From an uncultured Myxococcales bacterium (GTDB lineage: Bacteria > Myxococcota_A > UBA9042), in contig CALGHC010000432.1 of assembly GCA_937915965.1 (NCBI GenBank), forward strand, positions 1 to 43,438: a stretch of DNA of 43,438 nt. Direction: 5' to 3'. Under the pieces are notes generated by a model, which saw nothing but the letters and a program-made list of their open reading frames with translations, was not told where the DNA came from and searched no databases. Position numbers and translations under genes: made by a program. Each line of letters starts with the position of its first letter. Position 1 is the stretch's first letter. Shown here piece after piece: positions 1 to 11,209 of this stretch.

Positions 1-57
1 CCCACCGAGCCGTCGGCGTGCGCCCGCCGCGTGGCGCACGCGGGCGCGGCACGACGG

Positions 58-1164
58 CTACGGTCGTGCAGCCAGCCCCAGACCCCGCAGCACCTCGAGA
101 TTGTGGGCGGTGGCAAGGCAATTGGGACACTGACGAGCGGCGCGCTCGAAGGCGCTGACCGCTTCGACCAGGCGCCCCAGTCGAAGCTCGGCGATGGCCA
201 GATCGTAGGCGATGGTCCAGTCAGCGCCGTCCTCACCGCGGGCGACCAGGCCAGCGAGCAGGTCGCGAGCGCGCTGCCAACGACCGGTGGAAAGCAAAGA
301 AAGTGCCAGCACCTGCTGCGCGAAAGCCGACTCGGGGGCCGCCCGCACGGCCTCCTCGGCCAGCTCGACTGCGGCCTCCGCGTGCCCCAGGTGCACGTGG
401 GCCTCGGCTCGCATGGCGCTCAGATTGGCGCGGTCGCCGCTGCCGTCGCCGTCGCCGTCGTCTCCGGGCCGCTCCAGCAGCGCGGCAACTTGGGCCCAGC
501 GCCCGTCATTTCGCGCGGCCAGGGCCCGCAAGAGGAGACCGTGGCGTGATTCGGCCGGGACGCGCTCGATCGTGCGGTCCAGATCGTCGGATCGGTTGAG
601 ATTCCAAGCGATGGTCGCCATCCAGGCCGCGTCGGTGTCGCTGGGGCCGCACGTAGCGGTGACGCGTTCAAAGGCCTCGCTGGCTGCCTTCCAGCGCTTG
701 GCAGTCGCGGCCACTGCCGCCTGGGCGCGCAGCCATGCGGCGGACGCCGGTTCGCAGGCTCCGTTGGCCTTGCGTCTTGCCGCGTCGGCGGCGACGCGAC
801 CGACCTCCAGGCGCGCCGCGGCCTTGTCGATGTCACCGCGAGCGAGGGACCACAGCGCCCCAAACGCCGCGACATCAGGCCGGGTTGCACGCTTCGCAAG
901 GACCTTGTCGAGGCGCTCTTCGCCCTCGTCGAGGCGGTCGGGCTGCGAGAGTATCAGCCGGATCGCGGCGAGCTCGGCGCCATACTGGTTGCCGTCGCGA
1001 CCATACGCCTCATCGTAGCGGCGCATCGCCTCCTCGATGTCGCCCGCTTGTTCGGCGGAAGCACCCGCGCGCCAAGCGAGGACAGCCCGAGACGTCGTGC
1101 AGCCGGCGGCGAACGCGACAACGAGGCTCAAGATGACTGGCAAGATGGCTGGGCGACGGAACAT
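58..1164 (-). CDS. TPR-like repeat lipoprotein
   Basis: ORF 58..1239 trimmed to the in-frame ATG at 1164. The N-terminus is then MFRRPAILPVILSLVVAFAAGC, a signal peptide plus lipobox Cys. The rest is Ala/Arg/Leu-rich helical repeats of TPR type. It lies directly downstream of atpC on the same strand. Confidence 0.55.
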   Translation of the reverse strand: MFRRPAILPVILSLVVAFAAGCTTSRAVLAWRAGASAEQAGDIEEAMRRYDEAYGRDGNQYGAELAAIRLILSQPDRLDEGEERLDKVLAKRATRPDVAAFGALWSLARGDIDKAAARLEVGRVAADAARRKANGACEPASAAWLRAQAAVAATAKRWKAASEAFERVTATCGPSDTDAAWMATIAWNLNRSDDLDRTIERVPAESRHGLLLRALAARNDGRWAQVAALLERPGDDGDGDGSGDRANLSAMRAEAHVHLGHAEAAVELAEEAVRAAPESAFAQQVLALSLLSTGRWQRARDLLAGLVARGEDGADWTIAYDLAIAELRLGRLVEAVSAFERAARQCPNCLATAHNLEVLRGLGLAARP

Positions 1165-1254
1165 GAGGTCGCCATTGTCGGGTGCTTCGGTTGGTTCGGC
1201 AAGCGTGGCAGTCGACGGATGCCCGGACCTCGCGGCCATGGCCGATCGGCTCGC

Positions 1255-1665
1255 CTACAACGCGCCCGCGACTCGCAGCCGGGTCTCGGCGAGATCGAGG
1301 GCGTGCTTGCGCACCTGCCACGTCTCGGAGTGGGTCGCGTCCGTCGCGCCGCGCAGGTCGCCGCGCGCCTGCTCGAAATCAGCGCGCGCGGCCTCGACGT
1401 CAACGTCGTTCTTCAACTCGGCCTTCTCCGTAACAACGATCACACGCTCGCCACCGCTGACCTGGACGTAGCCCTCGTCGACGAGGATCGCGACCGGCTC
1501 GCCGTGATTGGGCGGTGTGATCTCGCAGATCCCGACGCGGAGCGCGGCGATCATGTCTCGGTGACCGGGCAGCAGCCCCAGCTCGCCGGCCCGTCCGGGC
1601 GCGCGCACGCTGGCCGCTTCTCCGGCGAACTTTTCGCCGCCCGGTGTGACGATGACGACCTGCAT
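1255..1665 (-). CDS. atpC: F1 ATP synthase epsilon subunit
   Basis: 136 aa, with MQVVIVTPGGEKF...LPGHRDMIAAL...VSGG motifs typical of epsilon. It is the last gene of the atp operon, right after atpD. Confidence 0.9.
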   Translation of the reverse strand: MQVVIVTPGGEKFAGEAASVRAPGRAGELGLLPGHRDMIAALRVGICEITPPNHGEPVAILVDEGYVQVSGGERVIVVTEKAELKNDVDVEAARADFEQARGDLRGATDATHSETWQVRKHALDLAETRLRVAGAL

Positions 1666-1726
1666 TCCCTGTCCTCCTGCACCAGCGTTCGCTCATGACG
1701 CGCTGCGGCGCGCTTCGATGGGCACA

Positions 1727-3208
<1,482 letters not shown>

Positions 3209-4084
3209 TCAGAGCGCCTCAGATCCCGCGGTGATCTCCATCAGTTCGGTGGTGATCGCCGCCTGGCGGGCGCGGTTGTATTGCAGCTCCAGCTTGCCGA
3301 GCAGTTCGCTGGCGTTCTTGCTCGCAGCCTCCATCGCCGTCATCCGCGCGCCCATCTCGGAAGCGACTGACTCGAGCAGCGCTCGGAAGATCTGGATGTT
3401 GACGTGTAGGGGGAGCAGCGCATCGAGGACCGCCGCCTTCGTCGGCTCGAAGAGCGTGTCCGAGCTCGGCGTCACGATGACGTCTGGCACCTTGTCGTGG
3501 TCATCCGGCTGCATCGGCAGCAGACGTTCCGCGCGCGGCAGCTGAGCGATGGCGGACTTGAACTCGTTGTAGACCAGGATAACCTCGTCGTAGTCACCTT
3601 CGATGTAGGCCGCGACCAACATCCGACCGATTCCAGCGGCCTTGCCCAGATCGACATCGGGCAGCACATTGGTGTGGACGTGACCGATCTTCAACGCGCG
3701 ACTGCGAAAGAAGTCGCGCCCCTTCTTGCCGACGATGTGGAGCTCAATGTGGTCGCGCTCGGCCGCGTGTTCCTCGGCCCAATGCGCCGCGTGCTTGTTG
3801 ATGTTGGCGTTGAAAGCACCCGCGAGGCCGCGGTCACTGGTCAGAACCAGAACCAGGGTCCGCTTCGGCTCGCGGCGTGCGAGCAGGGGGTGATCGTGGG
3901 GGTCAGCGTCACGGGCCAGCTCGGCGATCATGTCGCCGATGCGGTACGCGTAGGGACGCATCTCGAGGATGCGCTCCTGCGCCTTGCGCAACTTCGACGC
4001 GGCCACCAGCTTCATCGCGCGGGTGATCTGCCGGGTGCTTTTGACCGACGTGATGCGCCGGCGGTAGTCCTTCAGCGAGGGCAT
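3209..4084 (-). CDS. atpG: F1 ATP synthase gamma subunit
   Basis: 291 aa. MPSLKDYRRRITSVKSTRQITRAMKLVAASKLRKAQ at the N-terminus and ARQAAITTELMEI at the C-terminus are classic gamma signatures. Confidence 0.95.
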   Translation of the reverse strand: MPSLKDYRRRITSVKSTRQITRAMKLVAASKLRKAQERILEMRPYAYRIGDMIAELARDADPHDHPLLARREPKRTLVLVLTSDRGLAGAFNANINKHAAHWAEEHAAERDHIELHIVGKKGRDFFRSRALKIGHVHTNVLPDVDLGKAAGIGRMLVAAYIEGDYDEVILVYNEFKSAIAQLPRAERLLPMQPDDHDKVPDVIVTPSSDTLFEPTKAAVLDALLPLHVNIQIFRALLESVASEMGARMTAMEAASKNASELLGKLELQYNRARQAAITTELMEITAGSEAL

Positions 4085-4165
4085 GAGAGGTGCTCGGGGC
4101 TCGGCCCGCGGCGGGCCAGATCGGAGTGAACCAGCAGACGCCAGCGGCGCCGGCCAGAGGAGATC

Positions 4166-5728
<1,563 letters not shown>

Positions 5729-5821
5729 GTCTGGTGTCTCCCGTGCTTTGGGGCGGCTAGCGGCTGATGGCCGGCGCCCCGCCCGGTCGCGATGGACCTG
5801 GGCCGTGGATGTCTCAGTCGA

Positions 5822-6379
5822 TCAAACAGTGGCCAGCAGCCGCGCGCGCAAGCGTTCCAGGTGGTTGCGGACCGAAGTATCATAGATGGTGTTGCCGACT
5901 CGAACCCGCAGGCCACCGATCAGGTCGGCATCGACCGAGGTGCTCAGGTCAACCTCGCGGCCAAGGGCCTTGCCCAGGACCGCGCGGAGCCTTTGCTTGA
6001 CCTCATCGTTCAAGGGTACGGCGCTGTCGACATGGGCCTGAATCCGGCCGACCCGCTCGTCGAGAAGGGCGACGAAAGCCGCGCTGATCTCGGCGAAGGC
6101 CCGAAATCGCCCTTTGTCGAGCAGGAGGCGGCAGAAGTTGGCGACGGTACCGTCCACCCCGGCGTGCTTGAGCAGCTCGTCGAGCAATGCCCGGCGGTCC
6201 GCTCCCCGCACAGTCGGGTTGGCGAGGTGATCGACCGACTCGGGGACCGCCTCGAAGACAGCCGCCAGCCTCTCGACGGCGGCGCGCGCGGGTCCCTGCT
6301 CGCTGCGCTCGTCGCAGAGCTCGACCAGCGCGCGGGCGTAGCGTCGAGCCACCGCGGCGTTGCTGCCGGTAGCGCTCAT
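5822..6379 (-). CDS. atpH: F1 ATP synthase delta (OSCP) subunit
   Basis: 185 aa. Its position between b and alpha, the ARRYARAL N-terminus and the GG(L)RVRVGNTIYDTSVRNHLERL C-terminus are typical of OSCP/delta. Confidence 0.85.
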   Translation of the reverse strand: MSATGSNAAVARRYARALVELCDERSEQGPARAAVERLAAVFEAVPESVDHLANPTVRGADRRALLDELLKHAGVDGTVANFCRLLLDKGRFRAFAEISAAFVALLDERVGRIQAHVDSAVPLNDEVKQRLRAVLGKALGREVDLSTSVDADLIGGLRVRVGNTIYDTSVRNHLERLRARLLATV

Positions 6380-6990
6380 GCCTGCACCTCCGCGCTGACC
6401 CGCTGCAAGTCGACCAGCGACTGATCGATCAGCCGATTTTGACCATCCTCATCGAGGCGGGCTCGTAGGTTGGCGTCCGCGAGCGAGACCGCAAGCTCCG
6501 CGGTCTCGCTGGCCAGCAATGCGCGTAACCGCTTGCTTTCCTGAGAAATCCGCACCTGCTCCTCCGCGGCCATTCGCGCGACCAAGGCCTCTGCTTCGGC
6601 GAGGATGCGCTCGACCTCGGCCCTGGTGCCCTCGCGGACCTCGTCGAGGATCTTGCGCAGCTCGTGCTCAAGGGCGCTTGTGCGGGCGGCGTACTCGTCA
6701 TAGCGGGCCTGGGCGGCCAGTTTGAGCGCGCGGGCCTCCTCGATCTCACGAGCGACGTCCTTGTAGCGCTGGTCAAGCATCTTCGCGAGCGGCTTGCGGC
6801 CTACCCAGACCAACACACCGACGAAGACCAGGAAGTCGATGATGTAGTAGCCATGGATGGTAAACTCGAACTCGCCGCTGGCGAGCGCCATCGCTGGCAG
6901 CGCCAGAAGCGCGACGATGGCAACAATCAGGGCGTCGATCCAGCGTCCGAACCGGGTGGTAGCCACAGCGCTGCAGGTCAGCCCGATCAT
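6376..6990 (-). CDS. atpF: Fo ATP synthase b subunit
   Basis: 204 aa. One N-terminal TM helix is followed by a long charged coiled coil (KDVAREIEEARALKLAAQARYDEY...). It shares a 4-nt overlap with the genes on both sides. Confidence 0.8.
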   Translation of the reverse strand: MIGLTCSAVATTRFGRWIDALIVAIVALLALPAMALASGEFEFTIHGYYIIDFLVFVGVLVWVGRKPLAKMLDQRYKDVAREIEEARALKLAAQARYDEYAARTSALEHELRKILDEVREGTRAEVERILAEAEALVARMAAEEQVRISQESKRLRALLASETAELAVSLADANLRARLDEDGQNRLIDQSLVDLQRVSAEVQA

Positions 6991-7469
6991 GCTCGCTCCC
7001 CCACCAATTTGTCGGCGATAGCGTCGGCGACGACGCGAGCGTCCTCGCGCAGGCCGGCACGTGCCGTCTCGGCGTCGAGCTGCAGTTGCGTAATTCCTCT
7101 GTCGATTCGCGCGTCTGCCTCACGACGCACCCCCGCGATGGTCGCGGCGACCTTGGCCCGCGCCGTCTCGCGGGCTCGAGCGCGCTCCTCCATTGCCTGG
7201 CGTTTCTCTTCGGCGACGGCGTCTTCGTATTGGCCGACCTTGCGATCCGCCTCCTTGACGATCGCGCGTGCGTCGGCGATGGCACCGCTGGTGCGCGCCT
7301 GACGCTCTTCGATGCGATGCAACATGGGGTTGAAGACCAGACGCGGCAGCACGATCACCAAGCTGATGAACAGCCCGAACTGGATGAATACAGTCCAGTC
7401 TAGATCGATCAACCCCGCGCAGAGGACTGACAATTCGACGGCCGGTGAGATGGCGACGACAGCGAACAT
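6987..7469 (-). CDS. atpF2: Fo ATP synthase b' (second b-type) subunit
   Basis: ORF 6987..7553 trimmed to the ATG at 7469, which is preceded by AAGGAGA. It has one TM segment followed by a coiled coil (RIEERQARTSGAIADARAIVKEADRKV...), making it a paralogue of the adjacent b subunit. Confidence 0.7.
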   Translation of the reverse strand: MFAVVAISPAVELSVLCAGLIDLDWTVFIQFGLFISLVIVLPRLVFNPMLHRIEERQARTSGAIADARAIVKEADRKVGQYEDAVAEEKRQAMEERARARETARAKVAATIAGVRREADARIDRGITQLQLDAETARAGLREDARVVADAIADKLVGERA

Positions 7470-7524
7470 CGAGTGGGATTCTCCTTGGCTCCAGACACGG
7501 TGGGCTGGGAATCGAAGCGCGCGC

Positions 7525-7553
7525 GACTTACCATTTCGACTCCCTCTGGTCAA
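7525..7553 (-). promoter_or_regulatory. Candidate sigma70-type promoter of the atp operon
   Basis: The minus strand reads TTGACC, a 17-nt spacer (AGAGGGAGTCGAAATGG), then TAAGTC. This lies about 55 nt upstream of the atpF2 ATG. The call rests on the motif match only. Confidence 0.3.
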
Positions 7554-7723
7554 CGTCGCTGGACAGGAGGGCGCGCTCCAAGGACGGTCGGAACTACGCG
7601 CCCAGCGACGCTCCAGGTCCGGTCAGGCCACGCCTCGTTGACGACGCACCCGGGCGTCGGCCAGACTGCTGGGGCCACCGGGTGTGTTGCGAATCAAGCG
7701 CCGGGCGAGCGTGGGAGGATCAT

Positions 7724-8557
7724 ATGAGAGAGGTCAGAGACAGTCGGTCCATGGAGCGCGAACGCGAGCGTGGTAGTTCACGCCTGGCGCTTGCAGCCGC
7801 CATCGGACCGTGCGCGGCGCTCTTGCTGTTGGCAGCGTGCACAGATGGGGTCTCGACCGACCCCGGCGGCACGTCAGCGCAGTGTGGGACCGGCACGGTC
7901 TACGATCCGAACTCGGGAACCTGCGTCGTCGGCGGAGACGGATTCATCGGCGGCTTCGATAGCAGCACGCTGGACGCGGGCGGCTCGGACGCAATCGCCA
8001 GCGCCGACGGAGGCGGCGTTGCCGAAGCGGGCTCGACCGACGCGGCCGACACAACCACGACAGAGGACACCGCGACCGGCAAGGACGCAGTCGCGAACAA
8101 ATCGTGGTGGCAGGACTGCCCGCCATCGCTGGTCAACCCCGATGGCGCCAAGCACGGCAAGGCGTGCGCCCAGGACTCCGAATGCCTCTACAACCACTGC
8201 ATCTTCGGCGCGCCGCTTGCCGGCTACAACCCGCAGGTCGGGGTCTGCTCCAAGCGCTGCAATGCCTGCTCGTCCGGGGCGCCAGTCAGCGCCTGCGACG
8301 TCGACAACGGTGCGGGCGCTGAATACCGCTGCGTGTACGAGAAGCAGCAGGGCAATCCACTCTACGTCGAACCTGCCGAAGAGGCGAACGGCAAGGTCAT
8401 CATGTGCGGGCGGGCCTGCAAGTGCTCCGGCACGCTGTGCACGGCCGATCCAGCGTGCATAGCCTGGAACCCGGACCTGCCTGACTGCATCGGCACCTCG
8501 TCAAAGTCGCTCAGCGTCAATCCCAACGGAACGTGCGGAAAGTCGATCGGCGACTGA
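7724..8557 (+). CDS. Secreted Cys-rich lipoprotein, function unknown
   Basis: ORF 7445..8557 trimmed to the ATG at 7724, preceded by GGGAGGA 4 nt upstream. Signal peptide plus lipobox LLLAAC. An acidic/Gly/Thr low-complexity linker is followed by a C-terminal domain with about 20 Cys. Confidence 0.6.
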   Translation: MREVRDSRSMERERERGSSRLALAAAIGPCAALLLLAACTDGVSTDPGGTSAQCGTGTVYDPNSGTCVVGGDGFIGGFDSSTLDAGGSDAIASADGGGVAEAGSTDAADTTTTEDTATGKDAVANKSWWQDCPPSLVNPDGAKHGKACAQDSECLYNHCIFGAPLAGYNPQVGVCSKRCNACSSGAPVSACDVDNGAGAEYRCVYEKQQGNPLYVEPAEEANGKVIMCGRACKCSGTLCTADPACIAWNPDLPDCIGTSSKSLSVNPNGTCGKSIGD

Positions 8558-8635
8558 GTCCGGGCGGCGCGATGGCAACGCCGGTCGCCGCTGTTTCCGT
8601 CGTGGAGATCAGCGGCTACCGCGTGAGTTCGCGTT

Positions 8636-9067
8636 TCAGTGGGTCTCGCGGCCTGCGAGGCCGAGCAGCCGGTCGATCGATGCCTTGTCGGCGGGCGGAA
8701 AGCGGTAGCGGTCCAGTTCCGCAGGCCGAACCCAGCGGAAATCCCACACATCGATCCGCTGGGGCTCGCCCGAGGCGATCGTCGCGTGGAAGCTGGAAAA
8801 CTCAAGCTCGTAGTCGTCGTAGTCGCGCACGGTCGAGACGCTGCGATCGCCAACCTCGATCGCGATGCCCAGCTCCTCGCTGATCTCCCGCACAAGGGCC
8901 TCTTCGTCCGTCTCGCCGCTCTCGATCTTTCCGCCGGGAAACTCCCACAGCAGCGGCATGACCGCGTACGGGTTTCGCTGCGTAATCAGGTAGTTCCCTC
9001 TTCCGTCGACGATCTCCGCTGCGACCACACGGATTCGTCGCCGGGTGGCCGGGCTTTGCTTGGGCAT
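8636..9067 (-). CDS. NUDIX hydrolase (MutT-like)
   Basis: ORF trimmed to the ATG at 9067 (MPKQSP...). It carries a perfect Nudix box, GKIESGETDEEALVREISEELGI, matching Gx5Ex7REUxEExGU. Confidence 0.8.
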   Translation of the reverse strand: MPKQSPATRRRIRVVAAEIVDGRGNYLITQRNPYAVMPLLWEFPGGKIESGETDEEALVREISEELGIAIEVGDRSVSTVRDYDDYELEFSSFHATIASGEPQRIDVWDFRWVRPAELDRYRFPPADKASIDRLLGLAGRETH

Positions 9068-9139
9068 CGCTGACCTCGCTGGGCTGAACCGTGAGGACAC
9101 GCCCGGTGCAGGCCAGACGCGCTGACCTGCACCGGGTCT

Positions 9140-9236
9140 TGGCGGAAGCGCAGGAGAATCGAACTCCCCCGAGACGCTCGTCACGCCCCGCACCGGTTTT
9201 GAAGACCGGGGGACTCACCAGAGCCCACGCGCCTCC
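9140..9236 (-). tRNA. selC: tRNA-Sec (selenocysteine), anticodon UCA
   Basis: The minus strand reads GGAGGCGC GT GGGCTC TGGT GAGTCC C CCGGT CTTCAAA ACCGG T GCGGGGCGTGACGAGCGTCTCGG GGGAG TTCGATT CTCCT GCGCTTCC G CCA. This gives an 8-bp acceptor stem, a 6-bp D stem with a 4-nt loop, an anticodon loop CUUCAAA (UCA), a long variable arm, a 5-bp T stem, discriminator G and an encoded CCA. That is the bacterial 8/5 tRNA-Sec architecture, arm for arm the same layout as E. coli selC. Confidence 0.93.
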
Positions 9237-9243
9237 ATGCTTG

Positions 9244-9272
9244 GCTGTACGCGCAAGTGGTGCCCTGGTCAA
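9244..9272 (-). promoter_or_regulatory. Candidate promoter for selC
   Basis: The minus strand reads TTGACC, a 17-nt spacer, TACAGC, then 7 nt, and then the first G of the mature tRNA. The spacing fits a transcript starting at or next to the mature 5' end. Motif match only. Confidence 0.3.
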
Positions 9273-9576
9273 GGGAGAGGGTGGTGCCAGGTCGGTCACC
9301 ACAGGTTCCGAACGGGGCACAGCGGATCGGCCTCAGCATCCCGGACGGGCCATTGACAGGCGCCCTTGGGGGCGATAGGACTAGCCGCCTGCCGGGCCTA
9401 TCCGCCCGAAACGAACCGGCGCGATGGCCATAAGTCGGCAGGAAAACACAGGCACTCGATTCTGACCATGGCGCTCGTGTGGCACGTGAGTCAGAGGCAA
9501 GAGCCCCGGACGGGAGACGCCATGACTGTGGCGGCCGCCCGTCCCCCAAAGCCTCGAAAGAGCGTAGGAAGAGAAC

Positions 9577-9924
9577 ATGAAGGCACTGAAGATCGTCGCC
9601 CTGGCATCCGTGGTCTGCGCGCTAGCGCTGGGCGGCTGCTCAAGCGCGCCCAAGAAGGCCGACTCGACGCCTGTCGCCGCGCCGGCGCCTGCCGCAGCGG
9701 CAGCGCCTGTGTACCCAGCATGTGGTGGCGATGACCACTGCGCCAGCCAGTCGCAGGTCTGCGTGGCCGGTACCTGCGCGCAGTGCAGGGACGTCGCCCA
9801 GTGCGGCGCGCTCGGCCCGTGCGGCCGGTGCGAGGCGGGCATGTGCGTCAAGATGGAAGGCTGTTGCGCCATGGACACCGACTGCCCCGCGGGCGGACGT
9901 TGCCGCGGCGGCAAGTGCAGCTGA
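9577..9924 (+). CDS. Small Cys-rich lipoprotein, a stand-alone copy of the Pal N-terminal Cys module
   Basis: 115 aa. AGGAAG Shine-Dalgarno sequence upstream. Signal peptide plus lipobox ALGGC, a Pro/Ala linker, then a roughly 65-aa module with 14 Cys. The module aligns closely with residues just after the lipobox of the next gene (YPACGGDDHCASQSQVCVAGTCAQCRDVAQC versus YPNCGTDSTCQSHGEYCLNNKCAQCRETAHC). Confidence 0.65.
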   Translation: MKALKIVALASVVCALALGGCSSAPKKADSTPVAAPAPAAAAAPVYPACGGDDHCASQSQVCVAGTCAQCRDVAQCGALGPCGRCEAGMCVKMEGCCAMDTDCPAGGRCRGGKCS

Positions 9925-10147
9925 TACAGCCAGCGAATTCGGGCGATCGGTAGCGTTCTGCGGGACGATGGCACGGTCACTATGATGTGCGACGCGCGCG
10001 GAGCGGCCGACAGGCCGGGTCGGCGCGGTCTGTGGAAGAGGTGCGCCGGGTCGGCCGATCAGGTCGACCCGGCCGCGTCATTTGAGATCGCAAAGGCGTG
10101 TCAGCGGCTCCATGCGGACCCGCCATTCGCCACCCAGGGAGATTGCA

Positions 10148-10999
10148 GTGGAACTCACACAGCATTCGAGGGGCACAAGGAACGTGACCTGCACGGGGCG
10201 TGGCGCCAAGGCGGCCACGATCGGGCTGGCCGCAATGGTCGTGCTCGCATCCGCTGTGGTCACGGGCTGCGGCCCGAAGTACCCCAACTGCGGCACGGAC
10301 AGCACCTGCCAGTCGCATGGTGAGTACTGTCTCAACAACAAGTGCGCGCAATGCCGCGAAACGGCGCACTGCGCCAACGCTGACTCGGACGCATGCGTCA
10401 CCTGCGAGGGCGGCGCATGCGGCCGCAAGCCAGGCTGCTGCGCCAACAACCTCGACTGCGCCTCCGGAAAGAAATGCAACGAAAACAAATGCATCGCTGA
10501 ATGTCAGGGGGACGCCGACTGCACGGGCGGCAAGACCTGCTCTGCCGACGGTGCTTGCGTATCTCCGGACGCCGCTGGCAGCGGCTGCTCCACCGACGGC
10601 GACTGCGGCGCCGGACTACGCTGCGCGGGCGGTACGTGCGTCAACGCCAGCGGCGAATGCGAGCTCATCGACGTCAACTTCGGCTACGACGAGCACACCC
10701 TCTCGGCAGATGCTCAGTCTTCCATCGAGGCCAACGCTTCGTGTCTGAAGGAAAAAGGCGCGACCTCCGTGGTGGTTGAGGGACATTGCGACGAGCGCGG
10801 CACGGACGCCTACAACCTGGAGTTGGGCAACCGCCGAGCGCGTTCTGTCAGGAAGTACCTCAAGCAGATTGCCTCCAAGCGGATGAAGATCAAGACGATC
10901 TCCTACGGCAAGACCCGCCCGACCTGCGAGTCGGCAAGCGAGTCCTGTTGGTCGCGCAATCGACGCGGCGAGTTCAAGATCAAAGCCGCAAAGAAGTAG
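10148..10999 (+). CDS. pal: Peptidoglycan-associated lipoprotein (Pal/OmpA-family) with a Cys-rich N-terminal extension
   Basis: The C-terminal OmpA-like domain reads FGYDEHTLSADAQSSIEANASCLKEKGATSVVVEGHCDERGTDAYNLELGNRRARSVRKYL...ISYGKTRP. The lipobox is VVTGC. Start chosen at GTG 10148, preceded by GGGAGA; 10082 and 10112 are also possible. Confidence 0.8.
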   Translation: MELTQHSRGTRNVTCTGRGAKAATIGLAAMVVLASAVVTGCGPKYPNCGTDSTCQSHGEYCLNNKCAQCRETAHCANADSDACVTCEGGACGRKPGCCANNLDCASGKKCNENKCIAECQGDADCTGGKTCSADGACVSPDAAGSGCSTDGDCGAGLRCAGGTCVNASGECELIDVNFGYDEHTLSADAQSSIEANASCLKEKGATSVVVEGHCDERGTDAYNLELGNRRARSVRKYLKQIASKRMKIKTISYGKTRPTCESASESCWSRNRRGEFKIKAAKK

Positions 11000-11209
11000 G
11001 CCTGTGGCCGTCGCCGCCAGCAACCGCTCCGCCGGCACGCCCTGGCGACTCGCGACGAAGCCACTCGCGACGAACAGGAACGCATCTCGCGACGGGACGT
11101 GCCCTCGCTCGCGTCAGTCAGCGTCGGTTCGCTTCAATTCGAGACAGTATCGCGGACGGCGGCCGTGGGGGCAGCCGCGCCGTTGAGGCAGGATAGGCCG
11201 GGGGCCACA

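Noticed and set aside
7445-7723. Longer 370-aa version of the Cys-rich lipoprotein starting at 7445.
   Set aside because: The upstream 93 aa overlap the atp promoter region and lack signal-peptide character. The ATG at 7724 has a strong GGGAGGA ribosome-binding site and gives a proper lipoprotein signal.
9410-9480. Fluoride (crcB-motif)-like riboswitch, suggested by the GGCGCGATGGCCATAAG...CCATGGCGC segment.
   Set aside because: There is superficial resemblance to GGCGAUG...UAA only. The conserved CUGAUG and pseudoknot segments are missing, and the downstream gene is a lipoprotein, not a fluoride transporter.
9068-9576. Genomic island or integrase adjacent to the tRNA-Sec gene.
   Set aside because: There is no integrase, transposase or direct repeat of the tRNA 3' end on either side. 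The flanking genes look like ordinary chromosomal genes.
9181-9980. Minus-strand ORFs 9181..9549 and 9381..9980.
   Set aside because: They overlap the tRNA-Sec gene, its promoter region and the opposite-strand lipoprotein gene. Their composition is low complexity and they show no motifs.
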